Shown one piece after another: positions 51,961 to 64,000 of a stretch of 64,000 bases of DNA. Each line of letters opens with the position of its first letter. Positions within the stretch are counted from its first letter, which is position 1. Source of the DNA: Iphione sp. A-MEVVRFRX5 (Eukaryota). The stretch spans positions 58,032,001 to 58,096,000 of the forward strand of contig OZ320313.1 in NCBI GenBank assembly GCA_976226885.1, read 5' to 3'. Made by a program: the position numbers and the translations under genes. The notes below the pieces were generated by a model. That model made no database searches. It was not told the DNA's origin and saw nothing but the letters and a program-made list of their open reading frames with translations.

Positions 51961-54900
51961 TAGTTAATGACGATACCGGTAAATTAGCCACCTCGCGTTT
52001 TAATGAGGTAGTGCATTATTCAAAAGGGGAAAATAATTGTAACTGTGGATAGGACAGAAAGATCTCCCTCACGCAATTTACCCGTTCGACAATGTGGCAT
52101 CGGGAGGATGAAATCCAGATAATGAAGCTGTGTACAAGCGAAGGCGACATTGTCAGGAGATGTGCATTGATGGTATAAATGAGTAGGTCCTGAAAACGTG
52201 CACAGCAGAGAATAGCGTATAATTTGACGGAAAATCACCTTAATGTCACCCTATAGGGTCAGAGCCTATGAGTCTATTCCCCACATTAAACCTGGAGCTA
52301 TTACACCGCAATGTCACTGTACCCATCAGTGAAGCTTTAATTAGACTACCTCTGTGGTTGTCTGGCGCAAAGATATCATGTGATCTGAGTATTTTCTTCC
52401 TTCGGTTTCGGTAGCAGGTCACCGAAGCGCTGGCCTCAACACAGAAAATCGGGACCCTTTGACTTCCTTCTCTATCAATGTCGGATTGTTTAATCCGTGG
52501 CAGTCCCACAGTCTTGGGAGTGTGACTGGAGACAATAGGAATTATATCCCTAGTGGGGCTGCGTACAATGTACTTTAATTTGTAGCAGGTAGATCATGCA
52601 CGGACGTGTCTGCTTACTCCTTCAGTGATTATTTTATTAATTTTCGATTCCACAAAATTACTGGACACCAACTGTTAGAGTGACTTCAATGGACTTATTA
52701 CATTCTGGTTATGTTACTCTAGTGTTGCCATCATTCACCTATATTCTTTGCAAAAGTGTGATATTGATCGTCCAAATAGTGCTGGGTGTGCGGGTAAGTC
52801 CTGAAATATTGCTCATTTAGGAAACAATGCACGTGAATTGGCGAAACTCTGGTAATACCGGGGCGCACTGTGTATCCATTATCTTGTCACGCCCGGTCTA
52901 TTCGCCATTGCGCAAAACTAATATGCTTTTTGAAGACCATTCTATACTTGGACTGTATAGAAACAGTTTTGCCAATTCATCCCATAGAGAAGAGGGTTCG
53001 TGCCTGGGTATACATGTATCTATGTATGCTATACGTGTTAAAGAATTTAAACACCGATTAAGGACGAGACAATTTCTTTCCAGAGTAAATATAACAATAC
53101 ATGTACTGCTAATACACATACCTTATCTATCAGAACTATCGCGTGGTCACGTGGCGGAATTCTGTTAAACTAAATACTTATCTTCAATGTATATTCAGTA
53201 ATTTGTTTTGTTCTAATCATGTACACACCATAGTGCGTTCATATGGGGAAACTACCAGAATAATCATTGAACGTGTAGCATTTACAAATAGATTAGGTAT
53301 GAAACTGTGTAATGATTTTATTTGCGACGAAACGCCATTGTATTGTACAGTGAACATGTATTACTAAAGAAGTTTGAAGAATTACGATAACGAAACTCAA
53401 ACCTACATATAGAATCAAAGCTGGCAGTATCAGTACTTCTGCAGGGTTATAGATTTCTTCAGGGGATTATATTCAAGAGACGACCTATTCAGTTTGAAAC
53501 GGTATCTCTACAATGCATAGAAAGGATACGCCGAACCTTCATTGTTCCACGGCTATTCTTTCCCTATATTATATACAGCATCAATTACGTTCTCTCTACA
53601 GGTTCTATCTGGACCACGCCATGTTCTTTATCCTCATTCCCAGAGGCTCGTATTCCAGACTTGGATATTAGTGGTGCTCTGAATAAGAGCGAGTGGCAAC
53701 GGTCGCCCCAGGTTTATACGGTATTAATCGCCCTCAAAAGATAGAGCCTCCTTCCATCTCGCGTCTAGCACAGGCCCAATTTTCCGGACACATGTGTAGA
53801 AAGGTTGGCAAGCTCCTGCTTTATCGCCCACAGCTAAGTTTATGGCGGAAACACTGGAGTTGAAGAGAATGTCCCTGGTACCGCTCCAGTATGTGCTGTG
53901 AAGGTGGGATAGAAGGGAACTATTTTCGGATGGAGAAGAAAAAATACGGAGCGCCTGAGGCAGTAGCAGGGGAAAAGGTCAAGTCTTTGGGCTTTGTGCT
54001 CTGTGGATGCTGCGAACATATCTATGATAGAGCTTGCTCGTTCAACCATAAACACCTAGACATATATACGATAGCTCATAACTACTCCGTCGGGAGCAAA
54101 TGACTCGCAAGTTCCCATCTCAAATGTTTTCTCACTCAGTCTATTCATTTATCATCTAAGAATATTGTGGAAAACTTCTCAGGTTGTATTCTAAGATGAT
54201 ATGCTCGCTAATGTATTTTGGCTGGAACTACACACTAACTCAAGTTTGTAATACAGGACGTCCTTCTCCAAATGTGTATATGTATATCGTTTTAATATGT
54301 CTGGAATGGTAAGAGTTTTGCAGAGTAAAGGTTCATTATTTTTCCGCTGGATATTAGGAAACAGCAGAAATATAATTATCCTCAACAGAAGCGTTTTTTA
54401 ACGTATGCAAAACCTTTGTTCTACACTCTATTGATTCTCTTTCCTTCTGAAAAGCAAACGAGTGCGGCGGCATTTTATATACATGCACGCTTTAGAGAAC
54501 GACAGGCAGCTGTTAAAAAGGAGCTCCATTCGTGGCCGGTTCATACCATGCACACACAAGCAGTGCCCTGTAAGCATCCATTCTGTCGGCCATGTAGTCG
54601 CGGTCTTTAAATCTTTGGCAGCCATTGGTAAATACACTCACACATGAACACACGGACGTGGCAGCCGTCTGGTCTGGCCTAGGCAACGTTGTCAGCCATC
54701 TATCACGGGACGTGCCCGCCGTTCGCCTCTGCCGGAGGAGTCATTACCCGATACCGGACGGATCTCGCTTCTGTCGACCACGCATAGAAATGTACCGTCC
54801 AACTCACCTACACCTAACCCTGGCGCGACGTCGGTATCCAGGCCCTCACAGTTATGGCTTAGTGTGCTTGCCGAAAGTACCCTCTTAGAGGCCAAGAGTG

Positions 54901-55423
54901 GTGCTGGTGGTGAGTTGGGGGAGGGGGGGCAGGATGTATACAGGACGTGAGTGAGAGCGTGTACACGACAGTAGACGCCCACTTCATTTCATGTTGAGGT
55001 CTTGCTTTCGGAGCAAAGCTACATGTCAACTGCAGTCAGATTGACTAATGCACTCAATCACACGACAATCAAAAAAAGAAACACACACATACACACACAC
55101 CGGCTGACAGGTTGAGTGACATAGCATGATACTACAAACACGAAATCACACAGGCGGTTTTGAGTTGACAGCTTCATGGCGGTAGAAGCAGGACGAACGA
55201 TTTCATGGTTACCATGGAAACAAATGTGCCTGGCTACTGAGTTCCCCCTCTTGCGTCTTTACACCAACTCCGATCTGTACCCATTTTTTACCCTCTATTG
55301 CCTTTATCGAATCATTTCCTCCCTTAGATGGAGAAGGACCATGGACTGTGAAGATTTCTGCCTTTGGCGGGCGTTGCGCTTGTAGAGGTTCCTATAATGG
55401 GGCACCTCTCCTAATAATTCAGG

Positions 55424-55869
55424 CCCTGTCGTGCCGGCTGGTATTTGGTGTCATATTACAACCATTCATACAACCCAGCCCGGCTTCGACGGCACGGCAA
55501 TCAGGGCCGCAGTAGAAGCGGCCAATATATGCCAGTCTAAGAGCCTTTATCATCTTTATTATTTAGCGTATCAGCTATTTTTGGATTCCCACTGATTTCT
55601 GATGCAGTGGGGTGTACATGTATACATTTACAAGCATACCTTCAGTAAACACAGTTAATATTCCAAAGCCTGGTGGGTTCATATATGTCCTTCCAAGTTT
55701 AAAATGCCACAAACAAAGAGGCAAATGTAGCTTTATAAAATAATACGCAAGCGAACGTGTGGCACCCAAGGCAATTTTACCATCTTCAAGTCGTATGGTC
55801 TGGTATTTGGTGTCATATAACAACCATTTATACAACCCAGCCCGGCTCCGATGGCACAGCAATCAGGGT
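55424..55869. repeat. Two ~70-bp direct repeats (55438-55507 and 55800-55869); the first has a partial fold-back arm
   Basis: CTGGTATTTGGTGTCATA(T/A)..CAACCATT.ATACAACCCAGCCCGGCT.CGA.GGCAC.GCAATCAGGG occurs twice. Confidence 0.85.
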
Positions 55870-57367
55870 CTGCCGATTTTCCATCCCATTTAAATCCACG
55901 ATTAGTATGACTTATCACTGTGTGCATACACACAAACGCATGTGTATACAGTGAATACATGTATATTTGTAAAGCGAGGACGCGAACTACTTTAAGTTCG
56001 CTTTTGGCTTGAAAGGTCACAGAAGAGTACCGAAATGGTTGTTAACTTTGGGTCGTGGGACAGACGAATGACCAAAGCCAGTCCATTACACCAACCGTTG
56101 CCACTTACCGAAAAGGCCGCCAATCAAGCTCCCCTGCTCTCAGCGAGAAGTTTACGTCAAGCTCGCTTTCCTCACCATTCGACCTTGGAGCTGCTCCACC
56201 GTTGGCCCTTGATGTATGAGTAGAACCGGGCCTTCCTCTATCCAGGCTTTTACGAAATGGTGCACACAATGTACCTGTTCCCATGTAACATTGCGGTGAT
56301 GGTTCTTCTAGCAGAACGATATATATATATCGACACATTCCCTATCCACACAGACAGTGGCATTCGGGGGATTAACACCGCATTTACAGTCGTCTCCAGG
56401 CGAACTCGGGAATTGTAGATCAAGCAGCCTCAATCCTTTACAGAGAAAGTCATGTCAGACGAATACATAGAAGTGCACCGAAGAAACATTGCTGTGGACA
56501 GCACCTGTAGTTCGAGATAAGATAATATTTTATTCCAACTCATCATCCCCGAGGATGTTTCTCACAGTGCAGAATGCCACAACCCTGGCATATTCTCTTT
56601 GATATAGCAATTCGGTTCTAAGTCTACATGGGTTTACTATAGAATAATAAAGATTTTTGTCACATCTGTTGTAGACACAGAGTATTTGTGGTGTTAGTAA
56701 GAGTTCAATGTTTCAGTGTGGTATGAGAAATGTGCCAATGCCATATGAGAAAATTAATAGTTATGTTTATTAAGGAGTACAAAAGGATTCATTCTTTTGA
56801 ATTCTTGTGCACATGGGATATTTCTGTAAAAGGCAACCAATTTATTCAACAGCACTCATGCCTGATAATGAATTGATTACTGTATTTTTATTGTTTTTAG
56901 GAATAAGTGTATATGGAGTTCTGCCTTCATCCTGTCTCATTATGTTATTTTGTTTACACTCGAGTAAATTGCTATGTATGACAAAATGGACTAGTAGCAG
57001 AATGTACTGATTCCTTCTCATAGAAATACTCTGGAGCTTATATAATTTATAATGTTCTTCATTGTTAGTAGGCCTTGTTGCTTTTCTCAGTGGAAGCAAT
57101 GATGGATAGGGCTCTGTTTTGGACTTTTGAATATTGTTATATAGTTAACACTTTAATTACTCTAGTCATTACATCACCGAATAATGACCAATGAGTTCCC
57201 AGCCAGCACAAAATGTTTTAAAAACGTTTTGTAACATTTTTATTTGGTTACAACATTTGCAACCAAATTACAACATTTTAAGAACGTTTTTATTTGGTTA
57301 CAACGTTTGTAACCATTTGTATTATTTTGGTTACAATGTAAGAGCAACAGGAGGATGGGTAAGGATG

Positions 57368-57648
57368 GGGATACCACCTGACCAACGAGGTGGGAACTTG
57401 TATGAGCGACAGGAGGAGGGGGAAGGCTACAGATACCACCTGACGAGGTGGGAGAGACTTCTGACTGTGACAGGAGGATAGCCAAGGCCAGGGAAGGACC
57501 TGACAAGGTGTGAGGGACCTCTGAGTGTGACAGAAGGAAGGGGAACGCTGGGGATACCACCTGACGAGGTGTGGGAGTTTGTATGAGCAACAGAAGGGAA
57601 GGGAAGGCTGGGGATACCACCTGACAAGGTGTGGGAGTTTGTATGAGC
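57368..57648. repeat. ~60-bp purine-rich minisatellite, 5 units
   Basis: ATACCACCTGAC.AGGTG recurs at about 57371, 57433, 57554 and 57614, with a diverged unit near 57495. Confidence 0.85.
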
Positions 57649-57722
57649 ACCCAGTGGCCTAGTGGGTAAGGGTGCTAGCCTAGACAAGGGTAATGTGTGG
57701 AGACCTGGTTCAAACCCTGCCA
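57646..57722 (+). ncRNA. tRNA-derived Pol III head (pseudo-tRNA) inside the MITE
   Basis: A-box TGGCCTAGTGG at 57655-57665 and B-box GGTTCAAACC at 57707-57716. No intact cloverleaf. Confidence 0.65.
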
Positions 57723-57979
57723 AGGCCTGTCTGGCACTTTTACAAAAAAATGTTCTAAAACCTTTTTAGAAAACATTCTAAAAATGTTCAAATCTGGTTA
57801 GGAAAACGTTAGGCAAACTTTCATTTACAATGTTTTTACAACGTTTTGAGTTACGTTTTTACAACATGTTTTAAACGTTTCTGTGTTTGCTGGGTTACTG
57901 CCATCACCACATATAAGTCACCAAACCAGAGTTTCACATCTGTATCGTTACATTCACTTTACCCATAACAAATCATTAT

Positions 57980-58328
57980 CTCTTTCATTTCATTTCATTG
58001 TATCTTTTACCAGGAACGAGATATTCAGCTATCATTTAAGCTGTCCAATGTCCTCCTGGGGTAGCATACTACCATCTAATATTGATAACTAAGAGACCAG
58101 AATACCCTGCATTACCTCCTACTCTTATTTTGAATAGGTTTCTGGGGTCTTTTTGTGTATAGGGGACAGAATCCTATACACCCATGACCTTTTTATGAGT
58201 TGTGGACCATTCTGGGTTGGGCCTACAGTAAATCTGTCTGGTTGTGATCAAGAGCCTCAAGCCTAGGATTGAACCTGAGACCTCTCAATCAGTGGACCAG
58301 TGCTCTACCACTGAGCTAACTCTCCACC
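57980..58328 (-). mobile_element. tRNA-headed SINE with a Deu/Nin-domain-like core
   Basis: Head TAGCTCAGTGG...GGTTCAATCC. Body AAAAGACCCCAGAAACCTATTCAAAATAAGAGTAGGAGGTAATGCAGGGTATTCTGGTC resembles the Deu-domain as I recall it (AAAGATCCCATGGCACTTTTCGTAAGAGTAGGGG...GGTGTCCTGGCC). Tail (AATGA)n. Confidence 0.75.
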
Positions 58329-61300
58329 CTTTCATTATCACATTCTTTTCTATATATGTGTTATCTATGAAACAACATGTTGAATTGTACTTGACCTACA
58401 TATATTATGTATATAATCACTTCAGTTGAAATAAAACTAAAAAAAAAGAACATAATCGAATGACCAACATGTGGTCTTATTAATGTTATGTATACTGTAT
58501 AAGTAGTAGGTCCTCAGTACAGAAAGCTTTCCATATTCTGTAAAGCATCATCATCACACTTATGGCCAGGTGTTCATTCTCCCATCGGCTGTCTCAACGT
58601 ACAGTTAAGAGTGGCGCCTTGGATTTTGGTGTGTGCATTCCCCAAGCCTTATCAGTAGGTATTAGGTGGCTGTCTTGGAATAAGAATAGGGGTGTGTTCG
58701 TTGCCGCAGTGACACAGATAAGACAGTACAATGTGAGATACCTGCAGAGGAGTCTTGGGTACTTGTCAGGGTGTTCTACACCTGTACACACCAGTGTTCT
58801 TCACTCATTTTCAAAATCATAAAGGACTTTTACAGTGATTATGATCTATAACTGCCGTCCTGAGACCAATTGGCCCCATGTTGTTTTTTGGTTACCTCAG
58901 ACATGGCTAGGTACATTATGCTAAGTGAAATGCTTCGGGGATACTTTTATGTCATCAGCAAAAGGCGTGTGGGGCTACATGCCCTGACTGCGACACACCA
59001 CTGTACATCAGAAGTCACCCTTGAAAGAAAGAGTTACTCCAATGTAACACTTGTTAGCCACAACAAATTCTAGTAGTGACCAGTATTTCCTTTAACTTTC
59101 ACCCATGACAATGTAAAGGCCACTCTAAAGGTTTTCTCACACAACCCTCGATGTAAAACATGTGTTATGTAACAGTGTAACCCCTATGAGCCTTCAAAAC
59201 CTTGCAAAGATTAATTGTATTCATTTAAACCTGCGAAATTCAGAGTTTCATTACAGACAACAGCATATATCAACCTGGAATACCCCACCCCATCCTGATT
59301 GGTCTCCTCTGCCATGCAGGTAATCTTTAAGGTAGTCTTTAAACCAACTGATAGCATAGTTATCAAATTTAAGTTTTTTTAAATAAAGTATCGTGACAGC
59401 TAGTATCAAAAGATTTTCTTGGGTCCAGAGTTATCATAATTATGTAGTTATCTAGTTATGTTGCTCAAACGTCACACAACCACCCAAACACGATAAAGCC
59501 ATAATTACTATACACCTCTCCTTTAAATCATCACTGACGAGGAATTTAATAGCCACAGTAGAAATGAATTGAACTGAGGAAACATAGGATGTGGAATCAG
59601 CAGTCCAATCCAGGTGAATAGACGGGATGAGCGTGCGGGATAGGCAGAGGCTGCAGTTCAGAATTAACTCCGCCTCAGCTGGCAACACTCAAAATTACTT
59701 TCCGTCTCACTAAATTTCGCAACAGAGATTCAAAAGATGGAGTGGATAAATGTTATTGATAGAGCCTTTCTTTGGTGTGATTAGTTACTGTGCCAACAGA
59801 GGAGTACTTCGAATGTTTCTTTCCAGAGGGTGCCTCTCCCTTCCAAGAGAGCTGCTACCCTACACAGATTCTGCGACGCCTGTCAGTGTAGCCAAACTAA
59901 GTCACTAATCAGTGAATATAAACCGGCCAGTTAAGTCTCTGTCGAAAAACAGTTTATATGTCTTTTCCTTCCATCTCTGCGGGGGTAAACTGAGTCTGAA
60001 TTGCGACCCACAAGGAACTGTCGGGTGAATGAAGCTGGAGATTCCTGACAAATGCTGCAGACTGATCTACTTTGGGGCTGCTGCTCGCCTCGACGCTGGT
60101 GATCGTTTGTTGTGCTTGAACAGACACATGCCGCCTAGTCCATCGACTAATGTGGATAAATTCCCATGCTCTTGTTTTTTATGCTTCTCTCGCAGGTATT
60201 CGTTTACAGACCGAAGTGACATTTGCATAGTTACACTCGCTCATCGTATTAATACTCAAACATTGACTAATGGCAATGGCATGTGTACACATGATGGAAA
60301 CTAATGAGGTTAGATTAAACAGAGAAAGGTAATGCCTGATTTCTACTCCTGCTGAAAAGCACGGCCTGCATATTTGCATTTGTTGTTCACGGCCCCCGCG
60401 ACAATTCCCGGCATAAACATGACCCACACTGGCACCCACAACTCTGGCTGGAGAAATCGCTTAGCACTGATTAGAATCGGACCGAAAACCACCACAGTTT
60501 AGGCCTTCCACTTGACTACCTACATCAACACTGATTTCCATGGACAGCAATTCACAGTATTGAGTTGCAGTTCTGCTGCTAGCGCCAAAACATATAATCC
60601 GGGGTGAATGGGAATATCTTTTGTCCAAAGTGAACAAGCGGGCTACCTGGCATTTTGGCGCGTCGGCCGGCCATGTCTCTATGACAACCCAACCAGAATG
60701 ATCAGCCATTTAAACTCGCGGCGCCGACACGGACAGAGTAGGCTGAATTACAGGCCACGCGAAGTAGTTTCCCCCAGCTTTCCACGTATGGGCAAATGGA
60801 CTCCTTACCGCAGCACACCGAGCTAAAATAAACACACCGCCCTAACCAGTGCTTTGGACCAATGGGTAGAGTGGTATAAATTTGTTGGATTGTTTGCACT
60901 GAAGGAAACAAAAAGAGGTCCATCCCTCTCCGAAATAAAGAACCCAAAATCAAGACAGGTGTTCGTAGACCTGATAAACTGGCGTTATGGAAAGTCAACG
61001 TTCTCAATACCATTAACGGGCGTTTCCATTTGTAAATAAAATGTAGCTAACAGTTTATCACATTGCAGCTTTATCGAAAGAAACAGTACATAGTGAACAC
61101 CGCGTCTGTCAGTATGCGCGCACACCTGAAATTAACCATGTACTCGTAAACGCGTACATTATCTCATGCAATCGCTGGTCCTCTTACTTTAACTAATACA
61201 GAACAACTACAGAAGGCACTAACATATTTGGCATGGATCATAGGTGCGTGTCCCAGATAATTTAGTTTGAATGATCAGGTAAATCCTCAAATGGTTTCAA

Positions 61301-61525
61301 AGCACGGCAGCCATCTTTTTTCTTCTTTGGGCCTATATGCCAAGTGTGCGAATATATTGCATATTGTCATAGTTTGGATTAGTGGTTGGAGGTGTGGGAG
61401 AGTGACAGACCGGAACGTTGTAGGTATGGGACAGAGGGGGATGATAGTAACAAAATAAATCTAATGGTTTGGGGAGGATTCAAATCAGCACAGTACTGTG
61501 GGGTCTTGTCGCGCAACCCCTAACT

Positions 61526-61605
61526 GCCTCTGACGGGACTCAAACCCACACAGGTCTGTTCTACCTAGGGGTGATGGCGCTCTAACCCACTAGACCACAG
61601 AGACC
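61526..61605 (-). ncRNA. tRNA-derived SINE head / pseudo-tRNA (Glu/Asp-like D-arm)
   Basis: A-box TGGTCTAGTGG, B-box GGTTTGAGTCC and a retained acceptor stem GTCTCTG/CAGAGGC. The anticodon arm does not pair. Confidence 0.65.
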
Positions 61606-61709
61606 TCACTTTGGCTGGTTTCCATACTTGCATTGATGTGCATTGACATGCAGGAGAGGTATGCGTGCATTTCCAATGCGTTTGTGTGCATTTTTGTTTC
61701 ACCACATGG

Positions 61710-61975
61710 CTATGCACAGGGGTGTCCTTCAATGTGTGTGCGTTATTGTGCATGAATGACAGAAAAAATAATGAAAAAGGACAAATATGATACTCTAAAC
61801 GCTGCAAAAAACGGCAAAAATGACAGGAAAAATGATGTAAAAGAACAGAAATGATCCTCAAAGTCAGGAAAAATGGCAAAAAATGACAGGAAAATGTGTG
61901 GAAAAGGACAGAAATGATGATAAAAGTCGCGAAAAACAGCAAAAATGACAGGAAAAAGTGCAGAAAAGGGATGTA
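61710..61975. repeat. Degenerate A-rich tandem repeat (AAAAATGACAGGAAAAA units); a related copy begins at about 63910 and runs off the window
   Basis: Recurrent AAAATGACAGGAAAA. The shared lead-in CACAGGGGTGTCC occurs at about 61715 and 63913. Confidence 0.65.
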
Positions 61976-62084
61976 AGGCATGTATGGAAACCGAGTCTTT
62001 GGTTAGAGAATACATGCTGTAGAGGTACACTAAGGGTCAGTTTCCTTAGATGCGTTGAGCTGCATTTGCCCTCCATCTGCAGGG

Positions 62085-62325
62085 AAAAAGTGCCAAAAAA
62101 CAGCTATTTCATGGAGATTTTGCCAAATTCCATGGAGAAAGTGCAAAAATAAATGGCTATTTTATGGAAATTTTGGCAAATTCCATGGAGAAAGTGCTGA
62201 AAAATGGCAAATTTCAGGGAGAAAGTGCCAAAAAATGGCTATTTTATGGAGATTTTGGCAAATTCCATGGAGAAAGTGCTGAAAATGGCAAATTTCAGGG
62301 AGAAAGTGCCAAAAATGGTGAATTT

Positions 62326-62330
<5 letters not shown>
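62085..62330. repeat. Minisatellite with an ~82-bp higher-order unit
   Basis: AATGGCTATTTTATGGA at 62152 and 62234. Each unit is built from GGAGAAAGTGC / TGGCAAATT sub-repeats. Confidence 0.85.

Positions 62331-62376
<46 letters not shown>
62331..62376. repeat. (GA)n microsatellite
   Basis: Direct reading. Confidence 0.95.
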
Positions 62377-62379
<3 letters not shown>

Positions 62380-64000
62380 CTGTGCTTTAAGTGAGCCTTG
62401 TAGAGCATGTACTTGATATATTGTCACAGCAAGGCTACACACTCGGCTGCGCCTTGTGCTAATCCCTGCTGTGACAATATATTGCGTACAACGCTCTACT
62501 CGGTATGTATCTATCACATATTGTTGAGGGTATTTGGATTTTGAAGTAAGGCGTGAACAAATCCATGCTGGTCTTACAATTTCGATGATGTCACTTATAG
62601 TTTTAAATCCATGTGCCTTTCTATGTTTGACATAAAACTAAACAGATATCCTTTCTATTGACTTACATGTACTAGCCTTCGGTGATTGCCACCCGATTAC
62701 ATGTAACTCTATGACACTCCAACTTAAACAGATTAATTCAATTGGATTTGTCGTTTACACATTCACACACTCTTTGTCTTGAATGTCATTTCTATTAAAA
62801 AATGACTAGCCACCCACTCTCCTATGGGATTGAGGTGGCTTGCCTCATCAAAAAATTTAATTTGAACAGTCTCCCCTTTTGGTAGACCAATGACGGTTAA
62901 CCCCTTGGCTGGTGCCGATCTGTACCACTCCCGCCACATTGTATTGACTCACTATTTCTCTTTGAAAGTGTTCCCGAGGTGGTACGTGGTCTACTCACCA
63001 TGTCCTCTGATCTAGGTGAATGACACTCATCACAAGGTCTGATTTAAGACTCTACTCGTCCTCCTACGAGCAATAACTGCTTGTACAATGTCCTCAGAGA
63101 TCTAAGAGACTTGGTACTGGAGTGAAAGATACCCGCTCCCTTCGCCCCTGGGCACTGGGGAGCTCTACCTGCACCTCGAATCATCAGTTCCACACTGCCT
63201 ATATTACAGAGGATAGTCTCATATTTAATCTGCAGATCCTTATATAACTAGAAACAAGGTATACGAGAGACAAGGAATGGTAATACATCATGCCCTTTTC
63301 CCTTGACAAATGATTGTAGGTGGTAACTGGTCATGGAATCTGTACGATGAAGAAAATGATAATGGTGACCCAAAGTTAGTTTCAACTTGTAGTGCATTGT
63401 GTTATCTACCTACAATATGATCATAAATAAGAGGAAGCAATAATTTACAGTGTTCAGTTTACAAGGTGGCATATCCGTAACGCATTTGTAACTTTAAAAG
63501 GCTGTAAATAACAAAATACAATCCTCATATTGCTCATGAAGCGAAACAGGAGGAAGGCCAGTCTTCTTTACTCCGCTTATCAAGTATTCTAACAGAATTC
63601 TAGATTTCTTTATATCATTTCCATAGAAAAGCGTATATAGTATCTGCGAATACGCGAATATAACACTTCTTTTGATTGGAAAATGCCCAGACAATTAATA
63701 AATATGTGTGTATCACCTGTTTTTCAGTAATTATCTGGGTACTTACTATGCATGTGTAACTAAATGTCCTTTTCGGCACTCATTGCATATGGTATTCTGT
63801 AATGATTTAGGCCCTGTTTCCATACCTGCTGAGTGATGTGGGAGACTGCGGGAGGTGTCCAGGTGCAGCGAGGTACGTTTATATTTTTCCCACAGTCTCC
63901 TGCACCCTTCCACACAGGGGTGTCCTCTGACAACCAGTGCAGGCCAGTGTGGACCAGTGCATTTTATGACTAGAAAATACGAAAATGGCAAAAAAAATGC

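Larger units (their letters stand above)
57198..57894. mobile_element. Non-autonomous DNA transposon (CACTA/EnSpm-like MITE), 697 bp
   Basis: TT|CCCAGCCAGCACAAAATGTTTTAAAAACG...CGTTTCTGTGTTTGCTGGG|TT: imperfect TIRs, a 2-bp TT duplication and AACGTTTT-type subterminal repeats in both arms. Superfamily assignment is inference. Confidence 0.75.

Noticed and set aside
57191-57723. Repetitive ORFs on both strands
   Set aside because: Translations of the 60-bp minisatellite inside the MITE.
57646-61605. Functional tRNA genes
   Set aside because: A and B boxes are present, but anticodon and/or acceptor stems do not pair; treated as SINE or pseudo-tRNA heads.

Overview
Eukaryotic (animal) genomic DNA, mostly non-coding and rich in repeats. 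I recognised no complete, identifiable protein-coding gene. An AT-leaning base composition (judged by eye), strong over-representation of TACATGTA, a tRNA-headed SINE with a Deu/Nin-like core and CR1/L2-group LINEs suggest a marine invertebrate, possibly amphioxus-like (inference). The first 26 kb contains about eight LINE remnants. One is a stop-free 404-aa reverse transcriptase ORF (10667-11881, minus). Another is a 3' LINE fragment flanked by a 254-bp direct repeat. The window also holds several MITEs (TA, TTAA and 2-bp TSD types), three tRNA-derived Pol III heads at 57.6-61.6 kb, micro- and minisatellites, CTCF-like motifs and a few candidate exons. The best-supported exon is a transmembrane exon at 44996-45149 (minus). 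Top leads: (1) a frameshifted 18-bp/hexapeptide-periodic coding-like tract with LC8/DYNLL-type motifs directly after the TM exon; (2) the apparent 254-bp target-site duplication; (3) an EnSpm-like MITE carrying a 60-bp array plus a tRNA-type promoter; (4) a piggyBac-like MITE inside a perfect 18-bp palindrome. I cannot demonstrate a new biological system from sequence alone. Most short ORFs in the track look like chance ORFs.
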